Shown here: positions 1 through 13,475 of the stretch, one piece after another
Position numbering within the stretch: position 1 is the first letter of the stretch
Layout of the letters: every line of letters starts with the position of its first letter
NCBI RefSeq assembly: GCF_006345805.1
Contig: NC_043004.1
Span: forward strand, 17,112,001-17,176,000
Direction: 5' to 3'
From: Octopus sinensis
Taxonomy: Eukaryota
Length of the DNA: 64,000 bases
Translations under genes and position numbers: made by a program
Notes under the pieces: model-generated
What the model saw: the letters and a program-made list of their open reading frames with translations, nothing else
What the model was told of the DNA's origin: nothing
Databases searched by the model: none

Positions 1-95
1 CATCCTTTTGACCATTTTGTTTTTTGCTTTATTTTCGATTTCAAACACCACACACACAACATACTATATGTGTATATAATATAATATATATATAT

Positions 96-130
<35 letters not shown>

Positions 131-141
131 ATATATATCTA

Positions 142-228
<87 letters not shown>

Positions 229-250
229 AATATGTGCTTGTGTGTGTGTG

Positions 251-537
251 AGAGCGCGTGGCTTAGTGGTTAGGGCATTGGGCTCACGATCATAAGGTAG
301 TGGCTTCAATCCTGGCGACGCATTTTGTCCTTGAGCAAGACACTTTATTTCATAAGTTTTACCGCTATTTCAGAGCCGGCCTTGTCACACTGTGTCACGC
401 TGAATCTCCTCCATCAGAACTACGTTAGGGTGCACGTGTCTGTGGATTGCTCAGTCACTTGCACGTTAATTTCATGAGCAAGCTTTCCGTTGATCGTATC
501 ACTGGGATCCTCATCGTTGTAACCGACGGAGTGCTCC
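251..537 (+). mobile_element. tRNA-derived SINE (family C)
   Basis: tRNA-like head (GCGCGTGGCTTAGTGG A box, degenerate B box) followed by TGTCCTTGAGCAAGACACTTTATTTCA; homologous to 23116-23425. Confidence 0.7.
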
Positions 538-538
538 G

Positions 539-602
<64 letters not shown>

Positions 603-1029
603 CAAGCAGCGCCTCTTCAACCACAGATCCTCTTTCGGGATCCCGTGCTGGTGTGTTTACGTCCCCGTAACTTAGAGGTTTGGCAAAAGTAACTGATAGA
701 ACAAGTACTAGGCTTACAAAGAATATATATAATGAAAATAAAACAAGGTAGAAAATGCTAAAATAATTTTATCATGAAGAACACTTTAGTACCGGTTTTT
801 GCTGACTTTTTCAATTTAGATTAAAGTATGAAAAACATTGAAATGTTTTTTAAAAAATATATATTTCCATAGTTTTCAAAAACAAGCGAAATCTTCTTTA
901 CTTTTTCTGCTTGTCTCAGTCTCTCTTTTTGACTCTTGCAGGTTCTAGGTAGTTAGCAGCATCCAGTTTGATATGAATTCTTGTCTTGGATTGCTTAAGT
1001 AGCAGCAGTAGTAGAAATAAGAGGCGGCG

Positions 1030-1083
1030 AAGAAGAAGAAGATATAGAAGAAGAAGAAGAAGAAGAAGAAGAAGAAGAAGAAG

Positions 1084-1121
<38 letters not shown>

Positions 1122-1337
1122 CGACAAGAACAAGAACAAGAACAAGAACAAGAAGAAAAAGAAGAACAAGAAGAACAAGAAGAACAAGAAGAATAAGGAG
1201 AACACGAAGAACAAGAAGAAAAAGAAGAACAAGAACAAGAAGGAGAAGAAGAAGAAGAAGAAGAAGAAGAAGAAGAAGAAGGAGAAGAAGAAGAAGAAGA
1301 AGAAGAAGAAGAAGAAGAAGAAGAAGAAGAAGAAGAA
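1030..1337. repeat. compound (GAA)n/(CAA)n/(GAACAA)n microsatellite
   Basis: Direct reading; explains the poly-R, poly-L and poly-S ORFs at 916-1384. Confidence 0.95.
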
Positions 1338-1544
1338 TGCGGGAGTCGTATGACACTAGCAGGATGTTGATGGAATCCTCTTAAATGGTCAAGTGCCCTA
1401 AAAGTGACTCGTTGTGAATAATAGTAGAGATTGAAATAATTCTGAATAAATTCCTGAGGTGACTGTTTTGAATATATCGTGTCATTTGTTGTGGATGTAT
1501 TCAAAAGAGTTTCGGATTTTGTGATAAAGTATGACCCTTTACTA

Positions 1545-2024
<480 letters not shown>

Positions 2025-3383
2025 AGTTTCTTTATTGGCCACACAGGGCTGCACACAGATGGGACAAGTTACAAGGTAGAGCTTTTCTTTTGGGGGATGA
2101 AAAAAACAAAAAACAAAAGAAACAAAAAAAGGGGGTGGCGTAGGTTTTCGATCAAGAGGGATCGTAAAAGGGAAGAAAAGAACAAAAAAAAATTAAATAA
2201 AAATTTTTTTTTAAATAAAAATAAAAAAAATTAAAAAAAAAGTAAAAGGAACAAAAGAAAAGAGAAATGAAAAAAGAAGAAAAAAAGGGAAAAAAAGGGG
2301 AAGAGAAAAAAAAACGATCAATAGGGATCGTGTATCACAGTGTTATGATATATGGTGTAAAGGGGAAAGCAAGTAAGGTTTATCCGTGGGAAGAAAAGCC
2401 TACGAAAAAGACCACGGTAACCTTGGTCAACATTGTTATATGTTACCACATTTGTTTGCAAGTGGGTAACCCTCTGTTTTCAATTTCTGGGTTCATAGGA
2501 TTATGCTCAAGGTGGCTTCGTCATTCATACGTGCCATCCTTGCTACATTCACCCATCTTTTTTTAAAACATTCGCTAGACAAAACTTGCCTCTCTACTCT
2601 CACTTTCCTTTTCAAGTGGTACTTGAAGAAGTTGATGAGAGATTGACCAGAGAGGAAAGTGTTTGTCTCCAATCCTTTCAGACGCGTCCACCAGATACAT
2701 TCTTTCGCCATAGCCACAAGGATGATGAAAATAGCTCTTCCTTCCCGTTTGAAGGAAGGAGGCGTGACAATATTGACGATAGACTCAGCTGATAAACCGA
2801 CTCGTCCCACACGTGACAGCAGTTGTTCGACATAAGCCCACAGGTCGGAAATTGTTGGACACTGTACGAGTGCGTGCAGAACGTTTTCGTCGCTCTGACC
2901 ACATCTCGGTCAGGTCGGTCCCGTGTTTATCGAGCCGTGTCTGTAGAGCTTATCCCGAACGGGTAGCGCTTCTCGGTAGCACTGCCAGGCCAGAGATCTC
3001 TGGAAGTTGTCCATGGGCCCTGGCCCGAAAGTCGTCCCGAATAGGCGGGTCAGGTACTCCTCGTCGACGTCCAGGTTCGCCCCGAGCTCGTCGTCGTACC
3101 TCCCCTCCACTAATCCCCTATAGAATGCTTTGGTTGTGATGAAGTCACTCAAGGTCGACCCAGGACGGCAGAGTTGCTTGAGAGCAACGCGACACTCGCG
3201 GTGCCATTCGCCCTTCCTCGGCCTCTTTTTGATCCACGACTGCAGTTCGGTCATGGAGACGAGCTGCGGGAAAGTGTGCCTCACAAACGGCGACCACACC
3301 TGTTCACCGTCGTCTACGAAGAGCCTGAGATGTCGCAGTCTCAGCGCGTGTCTGCGCATCATCAACCACGGCATGCCCAAGAT
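2025..3383 (-). mobile_element. 5'-truncated Tx1/L1-clade LINE (ORF2 C-terminus and 3' UTR), frameshifted
   Basis: ORF 2910-3380 (LAWQCYREALPVRDKL, continuing into CPRCGQSDET across a frameshift, zf-RVT-like) and ORF 2493-2810; AATAAA on the minus strand at 2031-2036; flanked by (GATA)n on the left and (GACA)n on the right. Confidence 0.75.
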
Positions 3384-4287
3384 GGACAGACAGACAGACA
3401 GACAGACAGATAGTTAGACAGACAGAAAAAAGAAACAAAGAAACAAAGAAAGTGAGAAAGGAAGAAGGAAAGAAGGAAAGAAAGAAAGCAAGAAGGAAAG
3501 AAAGAAAGAAAGGTAGATATAAATGTATATTCTTTGCGTATGGTTTAACAATGCTACCAATGATTTTGTGGGGGAAATCCTGCAAATATCAAACACACCG
3601 CTTAAGAATGCAGTTTTAAGCACACTTTCTTACCACTCGCTACAATCGTATATGCATTTATAAATACATACATAAATACATGAACACGTACATACATGTG
3701 TGTGCGTGTAATTCATATATACAAAGCATTTATGTGTGTATGTCTGAGAATCTCAATTTCTGCAACATACATCAAATAGATCTTAGATGAATTCAAAAGA
3801 TAATAGAAGATTTTAAGCGCCATTTGACAAGAAAACGGAAAGAGGGTTAATCCGAAATATAATATGACGCTCTTGCGCATTAAGGTTTTAAACAATGACA
3901 GTCATATGCGTGTATGAAATATTATAAATATCATAAATTAGTACTCTAAAAGAAGCCGCTTCTCGTTTTGAGAAGTGCTGTCAGTTACGCACTCAACCGA
4001 CCCGTATGTTATTATTGTATGTATGGAGGAGGGTTCCCCCACAAAAGTTTGACAGAAGTGCGACAGCGCCGAACTAAATACCATTCAGTGCTTAGTTTAG
4101 TTTCCTCTATTCCTTTTATCCAGAGTTACACAAACAGATAATAGCTATTATGATAATCATTATGAAAGGTGGACTTGTACCGCGTCTAATAATACCAATA
4201 CCAACTGTTTCTTCTTCTTCTTCTTCTTCTTCTTCTTCTTCTCTTCTTCTTCTTCTTCTTCTTTCTTCTTCTTCTTCTTCTTCTTCT

Positions 4288-4320
<33 letters not shown>

Positions 4321-4344
4321 TCATCATCATCATTATTACTATTA

Positions 4345-4945
4345 TTGAGTGAGAGAAGCAGCGCATGCCATCACAGTGACACTGGGGTAAAATATACTAA
4401 GCCCAGTATACCCATCATGACTAACAGTCTGATAAGGGTACACCAGGCGCATGCATCACAACCATATGTGAAAAGCATGATGATCTCATATCAAGATAAA
4501 TAGCGCATGACCTTACTGGTGGGGCCCAGTTATAATTTTCTTCAGATCGAGTAGCCCATCCTACTCAAAAGGTCCCTGAATAAGGATTGTTTAAGGATGT
4601 TGAAAGAACCACCCATGTTTCCAGAGATGAATTATTCAAACCCCACAGAATTCCTCTCAGCACATGCCTATGATTCTCCCCCACTACTTCTGCTCATGAT
4701 CAGAGATGCACATGTTGTTAGTCACAAAGGGACATGCTCAAGTGGTTATGGTCAAATAACTGACAAGTAAGTTTGTGGTATTGAGCAGAATATTTACTGT
4801 AGCCCATCTTTCATGCCAATATAAAACATATATATGATAACACTTCCAATTAGTTAAGATCAGAAGCCATGAGAGCCAGGGTCTGGTACTACGTCAGGAT
4901 ATGTCTCAGTCATATTTCACCCTGGTGGCAAATAAATGAAATCAT
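4345..4945 (-). mobile_element. non-coding 3' segment of a putative R4/Dong-type element in a trinucleotide array
   Basis: Reverse-complement homolog of 8026-8582; 3' end runs into (AAT/GAT/GAC/GAA)n. Confidence 0.65.
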
Positions 4946-4954
4946 TATTATTAT

Positions 4955-5334
4955 TTTTCAGTAGTCTTATTTTTATCACATGCTTTCACTGCACTACTGA
5001 GCGCAGCTCTGTGTGCCTTGGGTATGTGCTGCCGATAGGGTTTTTCTAAGGATGTGGCCAATACTTGTCAGCACAATCTTTTGGATTTCTCTGAGTCATG
5101 GTTCTCCTGGGATCTTTTTATCATACCTAGTGCATCTACAATAACAAGAACAGTTCTCGCTTTAAGATGCCACATCTTTTGTATTTCAATTCCCAGGTCT
5201 TTATATATACTTAATTTGTCAAATTCCTTTAGAGATATATTTTTATCAGTGGAACACATATATTAGTCTACAAATATTTTCTTCCTTGTCTTTAATAATT
5301 ATGTCTGGTAGATCGTTCTGTCAGTGTTGACTGA

Positions 5335-5335
<1 letters not shown>
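4955..5335 (-). mobile_element. R4/Dong-like LINE 3' fragment (restriction-like endonuclease C-terminus)
   Basis: ORF 5068-5259 KNISLKEFDKLSIYKDLGIEIQKMWHLKARTVLVIVDALGMIK; (AAT)n on both sides. Confidence 0.75.
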
Positions 5336-5401
<66 letters not shown>

Positions 5402-5457
5402 CATTATCATCATCATCGTCGTCGTCGTCGTCGTCGTCGTCATCATCATCATCATCA

Positions 5458-6460
5458 TTCAGTAGTCTTATTTTTATCTCGTGCTATTACTCCACTACCA
5501 AGCGCAACCCTGTGTGTCTTGGGTATGGGCTGGGGTTTGTTTTGGTGCTCTTATTCTCATTATATTGAAAGTGTTTTACGAATGATGTGTGCGGTGCCTA
5601 GTAGTGCTATTTTCTTTATGTTATATATATATATATATATATATTTGTTAGTCCTGGTGTTATTGTTATATATTTGTTTGAATATTTTTTAGCATTCCTA
5701 ATGCGCCTATTATGAGAAGAATTGTTTCTCTTTTTAGACTCCACATTCGAGTTACCTCTATTTCCAGGTCTTTGTATTTTGAAAGTTTCTCCATTTCTTT
5801 TAGAGAAACGTTGTCATCTGCTGGTATTGATACATCAATCAATAAGCATTTTTTTCTTCATGATCTCTGACAACTATATCTGGCCTTAATTTCTCTATCT
5901 ATGTGTATTGGCATATCCCAGAATATAGTTGCTTTCTCGTTTTCTGTGGCCTTTTCTGGCGTGTGCCTATACCATCTATTTTCTGTTGTTATTCCATAGT
6001 GTTGGCATAGCTCCCAGTGTATATAGGCCCCAATTCTGTCGTGTCTGTGAATATATTACTTCTTAGCCAGGACTGGGCAGTGAGAGACAATATGGTTTTT
6101 TGTTTCCTATCCATCTCCACATGTTCTGCAGTTACTTGTTATGTTTTTTTTCATTATATGCTTTTGGCAATTTTAATGGGGAGGCTTTGGTCTTGTGCTG
6201 CAATTAAAAATCCTTCAGTCTCTGTTTTGAATCCTAGGCTTCTCAGCCATTGTTGGGATTTTGCTTTGTCTATTTCTTTTGCGTTTAGTTTAACCCAGTA
6301 TTTACCGTGAAGGGGTTTTTCTTGCCATCGTTTTGTCATGATCCATTGCTGTTCCAGTTTGGGTTTAGATTTCAGTTGCTTTACAGCTTTCGTTGTTTCT
6401 TTTTTTTTTTCTTCATAATTGTTGGGTACTATGACATTTTTTGTATTTGTCAGCATCCTT
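5458..6460 (-). mobile_element. R4/Dong-like LINE 3' fragment
   Basis: ORF 6154-6456 WQEKPLHGKY...SQQWLRSLGFKTETEGFLIAAQDQSL; 3' end homologous to 4955-5030 and followed by a trinucleotide tail. Confidence 0.8.
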
Positions 6461-6779
6461 AAAGACTGAAAATATATTCCTCACGTGTCCATTTATGCCT
6501 TTTTGGTTTTATTTGCGGGACATGGGGAACTACGTCCGGCCCTTTATTTTGACGGTCGTCATTTTCGTAGGGTACCGTTCCTTTCATTTCTGTTGTCACA
6601 TTGATTTGCACGTGTAGTCTTTCGTACTATTTGTGTAACAAGTTTAAAGTACACACTTCCCGATTGTTATTCTTGGGTTGAATAATACCGGTATTATTTA
6701 ATTTATTTGGAGTTTTTTTGTACATGGTGTTTGGGGCCAGGGATGGTCTGGTGTTGATGAATCGTAATGTATCAAGCAC

Positions 6780-6814
<35 letters not shown>

Positions 6815-7634
6815 TATTATATTATTATTATTATTATTGTTATTATTATTATTACTGCACTGGAATATTCATTATATAATTCAAGAGAGTTATTCTTTGC
6901 AGAAATGCCTGATCGTCACGCATTTCAATTTTAAGACATGTGTATACTTAAGCAATCCTATGCCAAGTGAAATATTTTAAATAATCTTTTGCGTTTGTGT
7001 GCTTGTGTCGTTGTGTGTGTGTGTATAGATGAATTAATGGACTTATAATTATCTATGTATCGTTAGGATGATATGTATTTATTACAATAATCTATATATA
7101 TATAAACAATGCTACGTTTAGAATACGTCTCCTCCTCTGTTCAAATGAACAACACACTGGTATGTTATATAATGCTTTTTCTAGTGAGAACTTTCGACGT
7201 TGTACAACAAATAATGAATCCTTTATTAATTCTAAATAGGCCACATGGTACTACCGATGGTGTGTACTTAAAGCCGACAGAGAAGGGAGTAGTTCGACTC
7301 ACTAGAAAGAGCAGCTAAATCTTCCTCATATCTAGCCCTATTGCAATGAAACAGAACACGTTCACGCATTTGAGAATTAGGATATATGTGTGTGTATGTG
7401 TGTGCATGTGTATGTATGTGTATGCGTGCGTGTGTGCGTGTGTGTGAGTGTGTGGACGAATGGATGCATATAAGCTGTTTAAAGTCTTCACAGGCTTCTG
7501 TGCTCTTTAACATCATACGTCTATAAGATATGCTTTCTCGGGGCAAAAATCGCAGTTAAGAAGGCTTGTATATATACTTTCAGCTTGGTCGAATACGTAT
7601 ATTAATTATCACTACTCTCAAATTGAAAATTTGA

Positions 7635-7724
7635 ATTAATGTACTGACGAAGGGAATGAGTGAGTAGTAATATGATTTTACATTTTTTACATCTTTCTAA
7701 CTCCGAAACGCGTATATAGTTAAT
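7635..7724 (+). ncRNA. type I hammerhead ribozyme motif
   Basis: ATTAATGTA-CTGACGA(7644-7650)-AGGG...CTCC-GAAA(7705-7708)-CGCG-TA-TATAGTTAAT; stem I about 9 bp with a bulge, palindromic stem III, weak stem II. Confidence 0.65.
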
Positions 7725-7920
7725 CAAAGCCGGATGGATTCGTTATTTTTTTGTCTTTACCTGCATGAGTTGTTGAGCTGGAAGATATCTTATGATAGTT
7801 GAATAATATTTTAACTGCTATTTCTAAATTTCGATATGTGGTGAAACAAATTTTGCTGAACCCTAATTATAATTATGCTCATAATTATAGAATTTTTTGT
7901 ATATATATATAATAATAATC

Positions 7921-7981
<61 letters not shown>

Positions 7982-8025
7982 TGATAATAATAATAAAAAT
8001 GATAATAATAATAATAATAATAATA

Positions 8026-8582
8026 AATGCCCTGATGCAGTACCAGGCAATGGCTCTCATGGCTTCTGATCTTAACTGATTGGAAGTGTTATCATGTACA
8101 TTGTTTTGTCTTGGTATAAAAGATGGGCTACAGCAAAATTCTGCTCAATACCCCAGATTTGCTTGTCAGTTGTTTGACCTTAACCAGTTGAGCATGTCCC
8201 TTAGTGGCTGACGATATGTGCATCTCTCTGATCATGAGCAGAAGTAGTGGGGGAGCATCATAGCCATGTGTTGAGAGGGATTCTTTGGGGTTTGAATAAT
8301 TCACCTCTGGAAACATGGGTGGTTTCTTCAACATCCTTAAACAACCCTTATTCAGGGACCGTTTGAGCGGGATGGGCTACTCACAACTGAAGAAAATTCT
8401 AACTGGGCCCCACCTGCAAGGTCATGTGCTGTTTATCTTGATATGAGATCACCATGTCGCGCACATATGGTTGTGATGCATGTGCCTGGTGTACTTTATC
8501 AGACGGGTAGTCATGATGGGTATATTGGGCTTCGTATATTTTACCCCAGTGTCACTTTGATGGCATACTGCGCTCTCGCACT
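8026..8582 (+). mobile_element. non-coding 3' segment of a putative R4/Dong-type element in (AAT)n
   Basis: Homologous to 4345-4945; (AAT)n on both sides. Confidence 0.65.
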
Positions 8583-8586
8583 CAAC

Positions 8587-8630
<44 letters not shown>

Positions 8631-8650
8631 GAAATAATAATAATAATAAT

Positions 8651-9166
8651 ATTCGGATTTCACTTAGTTATTCCTTTGCCTGTTTTGTGACTGAGTATGA
8701 TGCTTTCTTGTTTTCATGTTTTGAGACAAGTTTTAGCATCCAGTCCTCAGAGTTTTTCAGGTAGGTGTCTAGGCCAATTGTAGCAATCTTCATTGTTATT
8801 GCCAGTTGCAAAAGACCACGGCCTCCCTCTTTTCTTGGCAGATAGAGTCGTTCTGTATCTGCCTTAGGGTGGTGCATTCTAGCATTGTCAACAGTTTCCT
8901 TATTTTTCTGTCGAGCTGACATATTTCAGTAATTGACCAGTTAGCAATATTGAAACTGTAAGTCACGGACTGGTATAGCTAATGCATTGATTGCTTTGAT
9001 CCTGTTTTCTTGCATCAGCTCTGTCTTGAGTATTGCTCTCACTTTCGATAGCATTCTCTCCTGATCCTTCCTCTCATCTCTGAATGTCTTATTCCGTTCC
9101 CTTCAATTACCCCTAGGTACTTGTAGCTCTCCGCTGGGTCTAGTTCTTTTATGACATTCTGTTGGT
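8651..9166 (-). mobile_element. inverted duplicate of the 5' part of the adjacent R4/Dong-like LINE
   Basis: ORF 8668-8922 (HHPKADTERLYLPRKEGGRGLLQL); reverse complement of 9175-9681. Confidence 0.85.
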
Positions 9167-9174
9167 TAACCATG

Positions 9175-10766
9175 ACCAACAGAATGTCATAAAAGAACTA
9201 GACCCAGCGGAGAGCTACAAGTACCTAGGGGTATTGAAGGGAACGGAATAAGGCATTCAAGATGAAGGAAGGATCAGGAGAGAATGCATATCGAAGAGTG
9301 AGAGCAATACTCAAGACAGAGCTGAATGCAAGAAACAGGATCGAAGCAATCAATGCATTAGCTATACCAGTCGTGACTTACAGTTTCAATATTGCAACTG
9401 GTCAATTACTGAATATGTCAGCTCGACAGAAAAATAAGGAAACTGTTGACATGCATAGAATGCACCACCCTAAGGCAGATACAGAACGACTCTATCTGCC
9501 AAGAAAAGAGGAGGCCGTGGTCTTTTGCAACTGGCAATAACAATGAAGATTGCTACAATTGCCTAGACACCTACCTGAAAAACTCTGAGACTGGATGCTA
9601 AAACTTGTCTCAAAACATGAAACCAAGAAAGCTCATACTCATCACAAAACAGGCAAAGGAATAACTAAGTGAATTCCGAATACAACCAATTTCGGAATTA
9701 GAGATATATAAAAAGAAACAAGCACAGAAAAAGCTAGGCGCATGAAAACCTGTGCCAAACTGCGGCCTTAGATATTCTGAATAATAATGGCAAGAAAAAC
9801 CTCTCTATGGCAAATACCCAAAGAGCGAATAATGCGATATCGACAAAGCCCCGACCCATCAATGGCTAATGGCCTCTGGCTTAAAATCTGAAACAGAGGG
9901 GTTTTATCATGCAGCTCAAGATCAATGCTTACCAACAAGAAACTACCAGGCCAACATATTAAAGATCAGAAGCAGTCCAACGTGTCTGTATGCAAGCAAC
10001 AAAATGAAAACCATTGACCATGTGGTCTCCAAGTGCAGTCTTCTAGCGCCTACAGAGTTCTCACAGGCACGATAGAGCTGCACAATATATTCACTGGGTA
10101 ATCTGTAAAAACCTGGATTTTTGCCCCATGAAAAAAACTGGTGGAACACCAACCACCCCCCCCGGTGCTTGAAAATGACCACATCTCACTCCTCTGGAAC
10201 TTCACCATTCAACTGACAGGAAGATAGATGCAAATAGGCCAGACATCATTGAAAGACTTCAAACAAAGAACATTCCTCCTCATTGATATGACTGTCCCAA
10301 TCGATATAAAACGTATCTGTCAAGACCTACCAAAAACTGAGCAAATATAAAGATCTTGAAATAGAAATCAGCAAATGTGGAAGCTGAAGACTAAAACAAT
10401 ACCTGTTGTCATAGGTGCCCTGGGAATGATAGCAAAAGGGGCTGATAGCTACCTAACTCAGATACAGGAACCCAAAAATGGCAGAAGTTCAAAAGATAGT
10501 GCTCATGGGAACTGCTCATATCCTACGCAAAATACTCTCTATGTAATCTCAAGGTTTAAAAAACAAACTAATTTTCGGTTTAAAAAAAAAAAAAAAAAAA
10601 AAAAAACTTTTTTTTTTTTAGACATTCATTTACAACACATCCCCACCCCCCAAATATATGGCCACTAGGCATAACACAACATGAACTTCCAACCCTGTTG
10701 TCTCTTGAGGTCTCTGGGTGAGACTTGGAGCCAACTTGTACAAATATAAAGCAAAAGTCAAACATA

Positions 10767-10767
<1 letters not shown>
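9175..10767 (+). mobile_element. 5'-truncated R4/Dong-like LINE (RT C-terminus, CCHC, REL endonuclease, 3' UTR), many indels
   Basis: ORFs 9262-9540, 9869-10075 (LKSETEGF..AAQDQCLPTRNY) and 10375-10668 (MWKLKTKTIPVVIGALG); (AAT)n tail at 10768-10823. Confidence 0.85.
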
Positions 10768-10813
<46 letters not shown>

Positions 10814-10990
10814 TAATAATAATAGATGAGGGAATATTCCAAACTTACATGGAAAAATTCAATTTAGAAATACTAAATCAAATTTCACAAATTACAACAT
10901 ATATATATAAATTAGAAAAAAACCACCTTTAATCAATTCAATAATGAAAATTTAAATTATACCATTTAGAAAAATTACGAGTATGTATGC

Positions 10991-11023
<33 letters not shown>

Positions 11024-11047
11024 TCTATATATATTATATATATATAT

Positions 11048-11095
<48 letters not shown>

Positions 11096-11207
11096 ATATA
11101 TATAATAATATAGTATATATATATGCATGTATGTACATATATTGCATATATATATGGCATACATACTCGTACATATATGTGTGTGTTTTTGTGTATGTAT
11201 GTATATG

Positions 11208-11261
<54 letters not shown>

Positions 11262-11287
11262 TGTGTGTGTATGTATATATGTATCAG

Positions 11288-11723
11288 GAGTGAATATTTA
11301 TATATATATTAATATTGCTATTATTATCGAAGGCAATATAAATATTTGTTAATAACAGGAACATTAATATAGCTGGTTGCAGGCCTCAATCAGCATTATA
11401 TAGCTACAGAATTAAAAATATATCAATCATACGGGCACACGAATGCGCCTGTCTGCTAGACATAAGAGTTAAAACTCTCGTCAAAGCACCAAAAATAACA
11501 CTGAAAATAACAACAGTATTAACAATACTTGGGCGAATAGATCGAAAAAAATGTAGCAGGCAGGCGCATTTGTGTGTCCTTATGATTGATATAATTTTAA
11601 TTCTATAGCTATATAATGCTATTTCAGGCCTGTAACCAATATATTAATGTTGCAGTTATTATCAACTATTTATATTGCCTTCGATAATAATAGCAATATT
11701 AATATCTATATAAATATTCACTC
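11288..11723. repeat. fold-back / MITE-like element with ~170-bp inverted arms
   Basis: 11288-11458 is the imperfect reverse complement of 11554-11723; the internal part recurs inverted at about 12190-12322. Confidence 0.8.
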
Positions 11724-11763
11724 ATGTATATTTGCTCTTGATTGGTATTTTTCACACTGAAAA

Positions 11764-11996
11764 AGGCGAGCGATCTGGCAGAAACGTTAGCACGCCGGGT
11801 GAAATGCTTAGCGGTATTTCGTCTGCCGCGACGTTCTGAGTTCACATTCCGCCGAGTTCGACTTTGCATTTCATCCTTTCGGGGTCGATTAAATAAGTAC
11901 CAGTTACGCACTGGGATCGATATAATCGACTTTAGCCGTTTGTCAGTCCTTGTTTGTCCTCTCTGTGTTTAGCCCCATGTGGGTAGTAAAGAATTA
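11764..11996 (+). mobile_element. tRNA-derived SINE (family A)
   Basis: CTGGCAGAAACGTTAGCACGCCGGG head, TTCTGAGTTCA B-box region, body GACTTTGCATTTCATCCTTTCGGGGTCGAT; more than a dozen copies in the window. Confidence 0.85.
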
Positions 11997-12099
11997 GGTA
12001 CTTTTCACACTGAAGCTATCCTGATTTGGCGCAAAACAATTCAGAGTGCCAGCAGATTTCAACGTAGTAGGTTAGGAAATTTTTTCAAATGGTTGATGC

Positions 12100-12140
12100 G
12101 TGCTGATGAAGTTGTTATATCAAACCAGAAACCGATCCAC
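12100..12140 (+). ncRNA. degenerate hammerhead motif
   Basis: GTG-CTGATGA-A-GTT..AAC-CA-GAAA-CCGA-TC-CAC; stem III mismatched relative to CCGG. Confidence 0.4.
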
Positions 12141-12325
12141 ATGTATACTAATATTAAGAAATATATAGCATTATGCTATATAGGTATGTGAAAGAATTTT
12201 TCGTTTCGTTCGCCCGAATGTTGTTGCTTCTGTTTTTATTTTCAGTGTTATTCTTGGTGGTCTGAATGAGGGTTTTAACTCTTATCTCACGCAGGCAGGC
12301 GCATTCGCGTGCCCTTATGATGTAC

Positions 12326-12406
<81 letters not shown>

Positions 12407-12540
12407 TACGCACGCACACACGCACACCAATGCACACACCCAAAACTCACAACCCCACGGATACATGCATATACATCCATATACGCTTACACACACACAC
12501 ACATACAAACGCACACATACACGCACACACAACTACACAC

Positions 12541-12575
<35 letters not shown>

Positions 12576-12932
12576 TGAACCCACACATACATCCTATACA
12601 CACGGCATACAATTATACATACACGCACACAATTATACATACACGCACACAATTATACATACATATATATACACACACACGCACGTACAAGCACACACGC
12701 ACACATACACTAAGTTAAGCACAGTTACTCGCCACACACCCAAACTCTACGCATACACACACGAACACACACATACACACACACACACACACTACAAACA
12801 AAACAAACACACAATACATATACATACACGCACACAACCTTTGTTTTGACCTGTGACTGGACACAAAAAACACCACTGCTTATTCTTTCAAACTGGCCAG
12901 CTACTAGCCAGTTGTTCGCCATACACACATAC

Positions 12933-12964
<32 letters not shown>

Positions 12965-13204
12965 GTGTCATCATTGCACACATACACACACACGCGCACA
13001 CGCAGACCTCCGCGCACGCACACATCCACACACATTCCCCCCATCACTTTCCTTGTCTTTGAATACTACCTACTGTCTTGAAACTCTCCTGTCTTTAAAA
13101 AACATTATTCTTCACCTTTACTTCCGGTCTTTCAATATGTGACCTCGTGAGTACCGCTGGCGATTTATTTCCTCCGTCTTCCCTTTCGGGATCTTTCCTT
13201 CTCC

Positions 13205-13242
13205 TATGATTCGACGAAGAGCTCCGCTCGAAAACGTTAAAG
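13205..13242 (+). ncRNA. degenerate hammerhead motif
   Basis: TCGACGA-A-GAGC-TCC-GCTC-GAAAA-CGTT; core altered at positions 3-4 and an extra A. Confidence 0.35.
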
Positions 13243-13341
13243 CCTCCTTCTTCCCTTCTTTCCTGAGCGTCCAATAATACTTATTTGTTCCACGTCCTCG
13301 CGTTGTTGTTTTTTTTGTTTTTTTTATTTTCTTGTTTTGAT

Positions 13342-13386
<45 letters not shown>

Positions 13387-13475
13387 GTGTATGTATGTAT
13401 GTATGTATGTATGTATAACTTTGATAGGTTTGGACCAGTATAACACCACCTCGTACACACCTATATATATATATA

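Noticed and set aside
251-320. tRNA genes at SINE heads (also 17830, 23116, 39282, 40018)
   Set aside because: There is no complete cloverleaf or acceptor stem, and they continue into SINE bodies or microsatellites
9160-9180. Sequencing adapter at the palindrome centre
   Set aside because: The 8-nt loop is not a recognisable adapter; a fold-back chimera artefact is still possible
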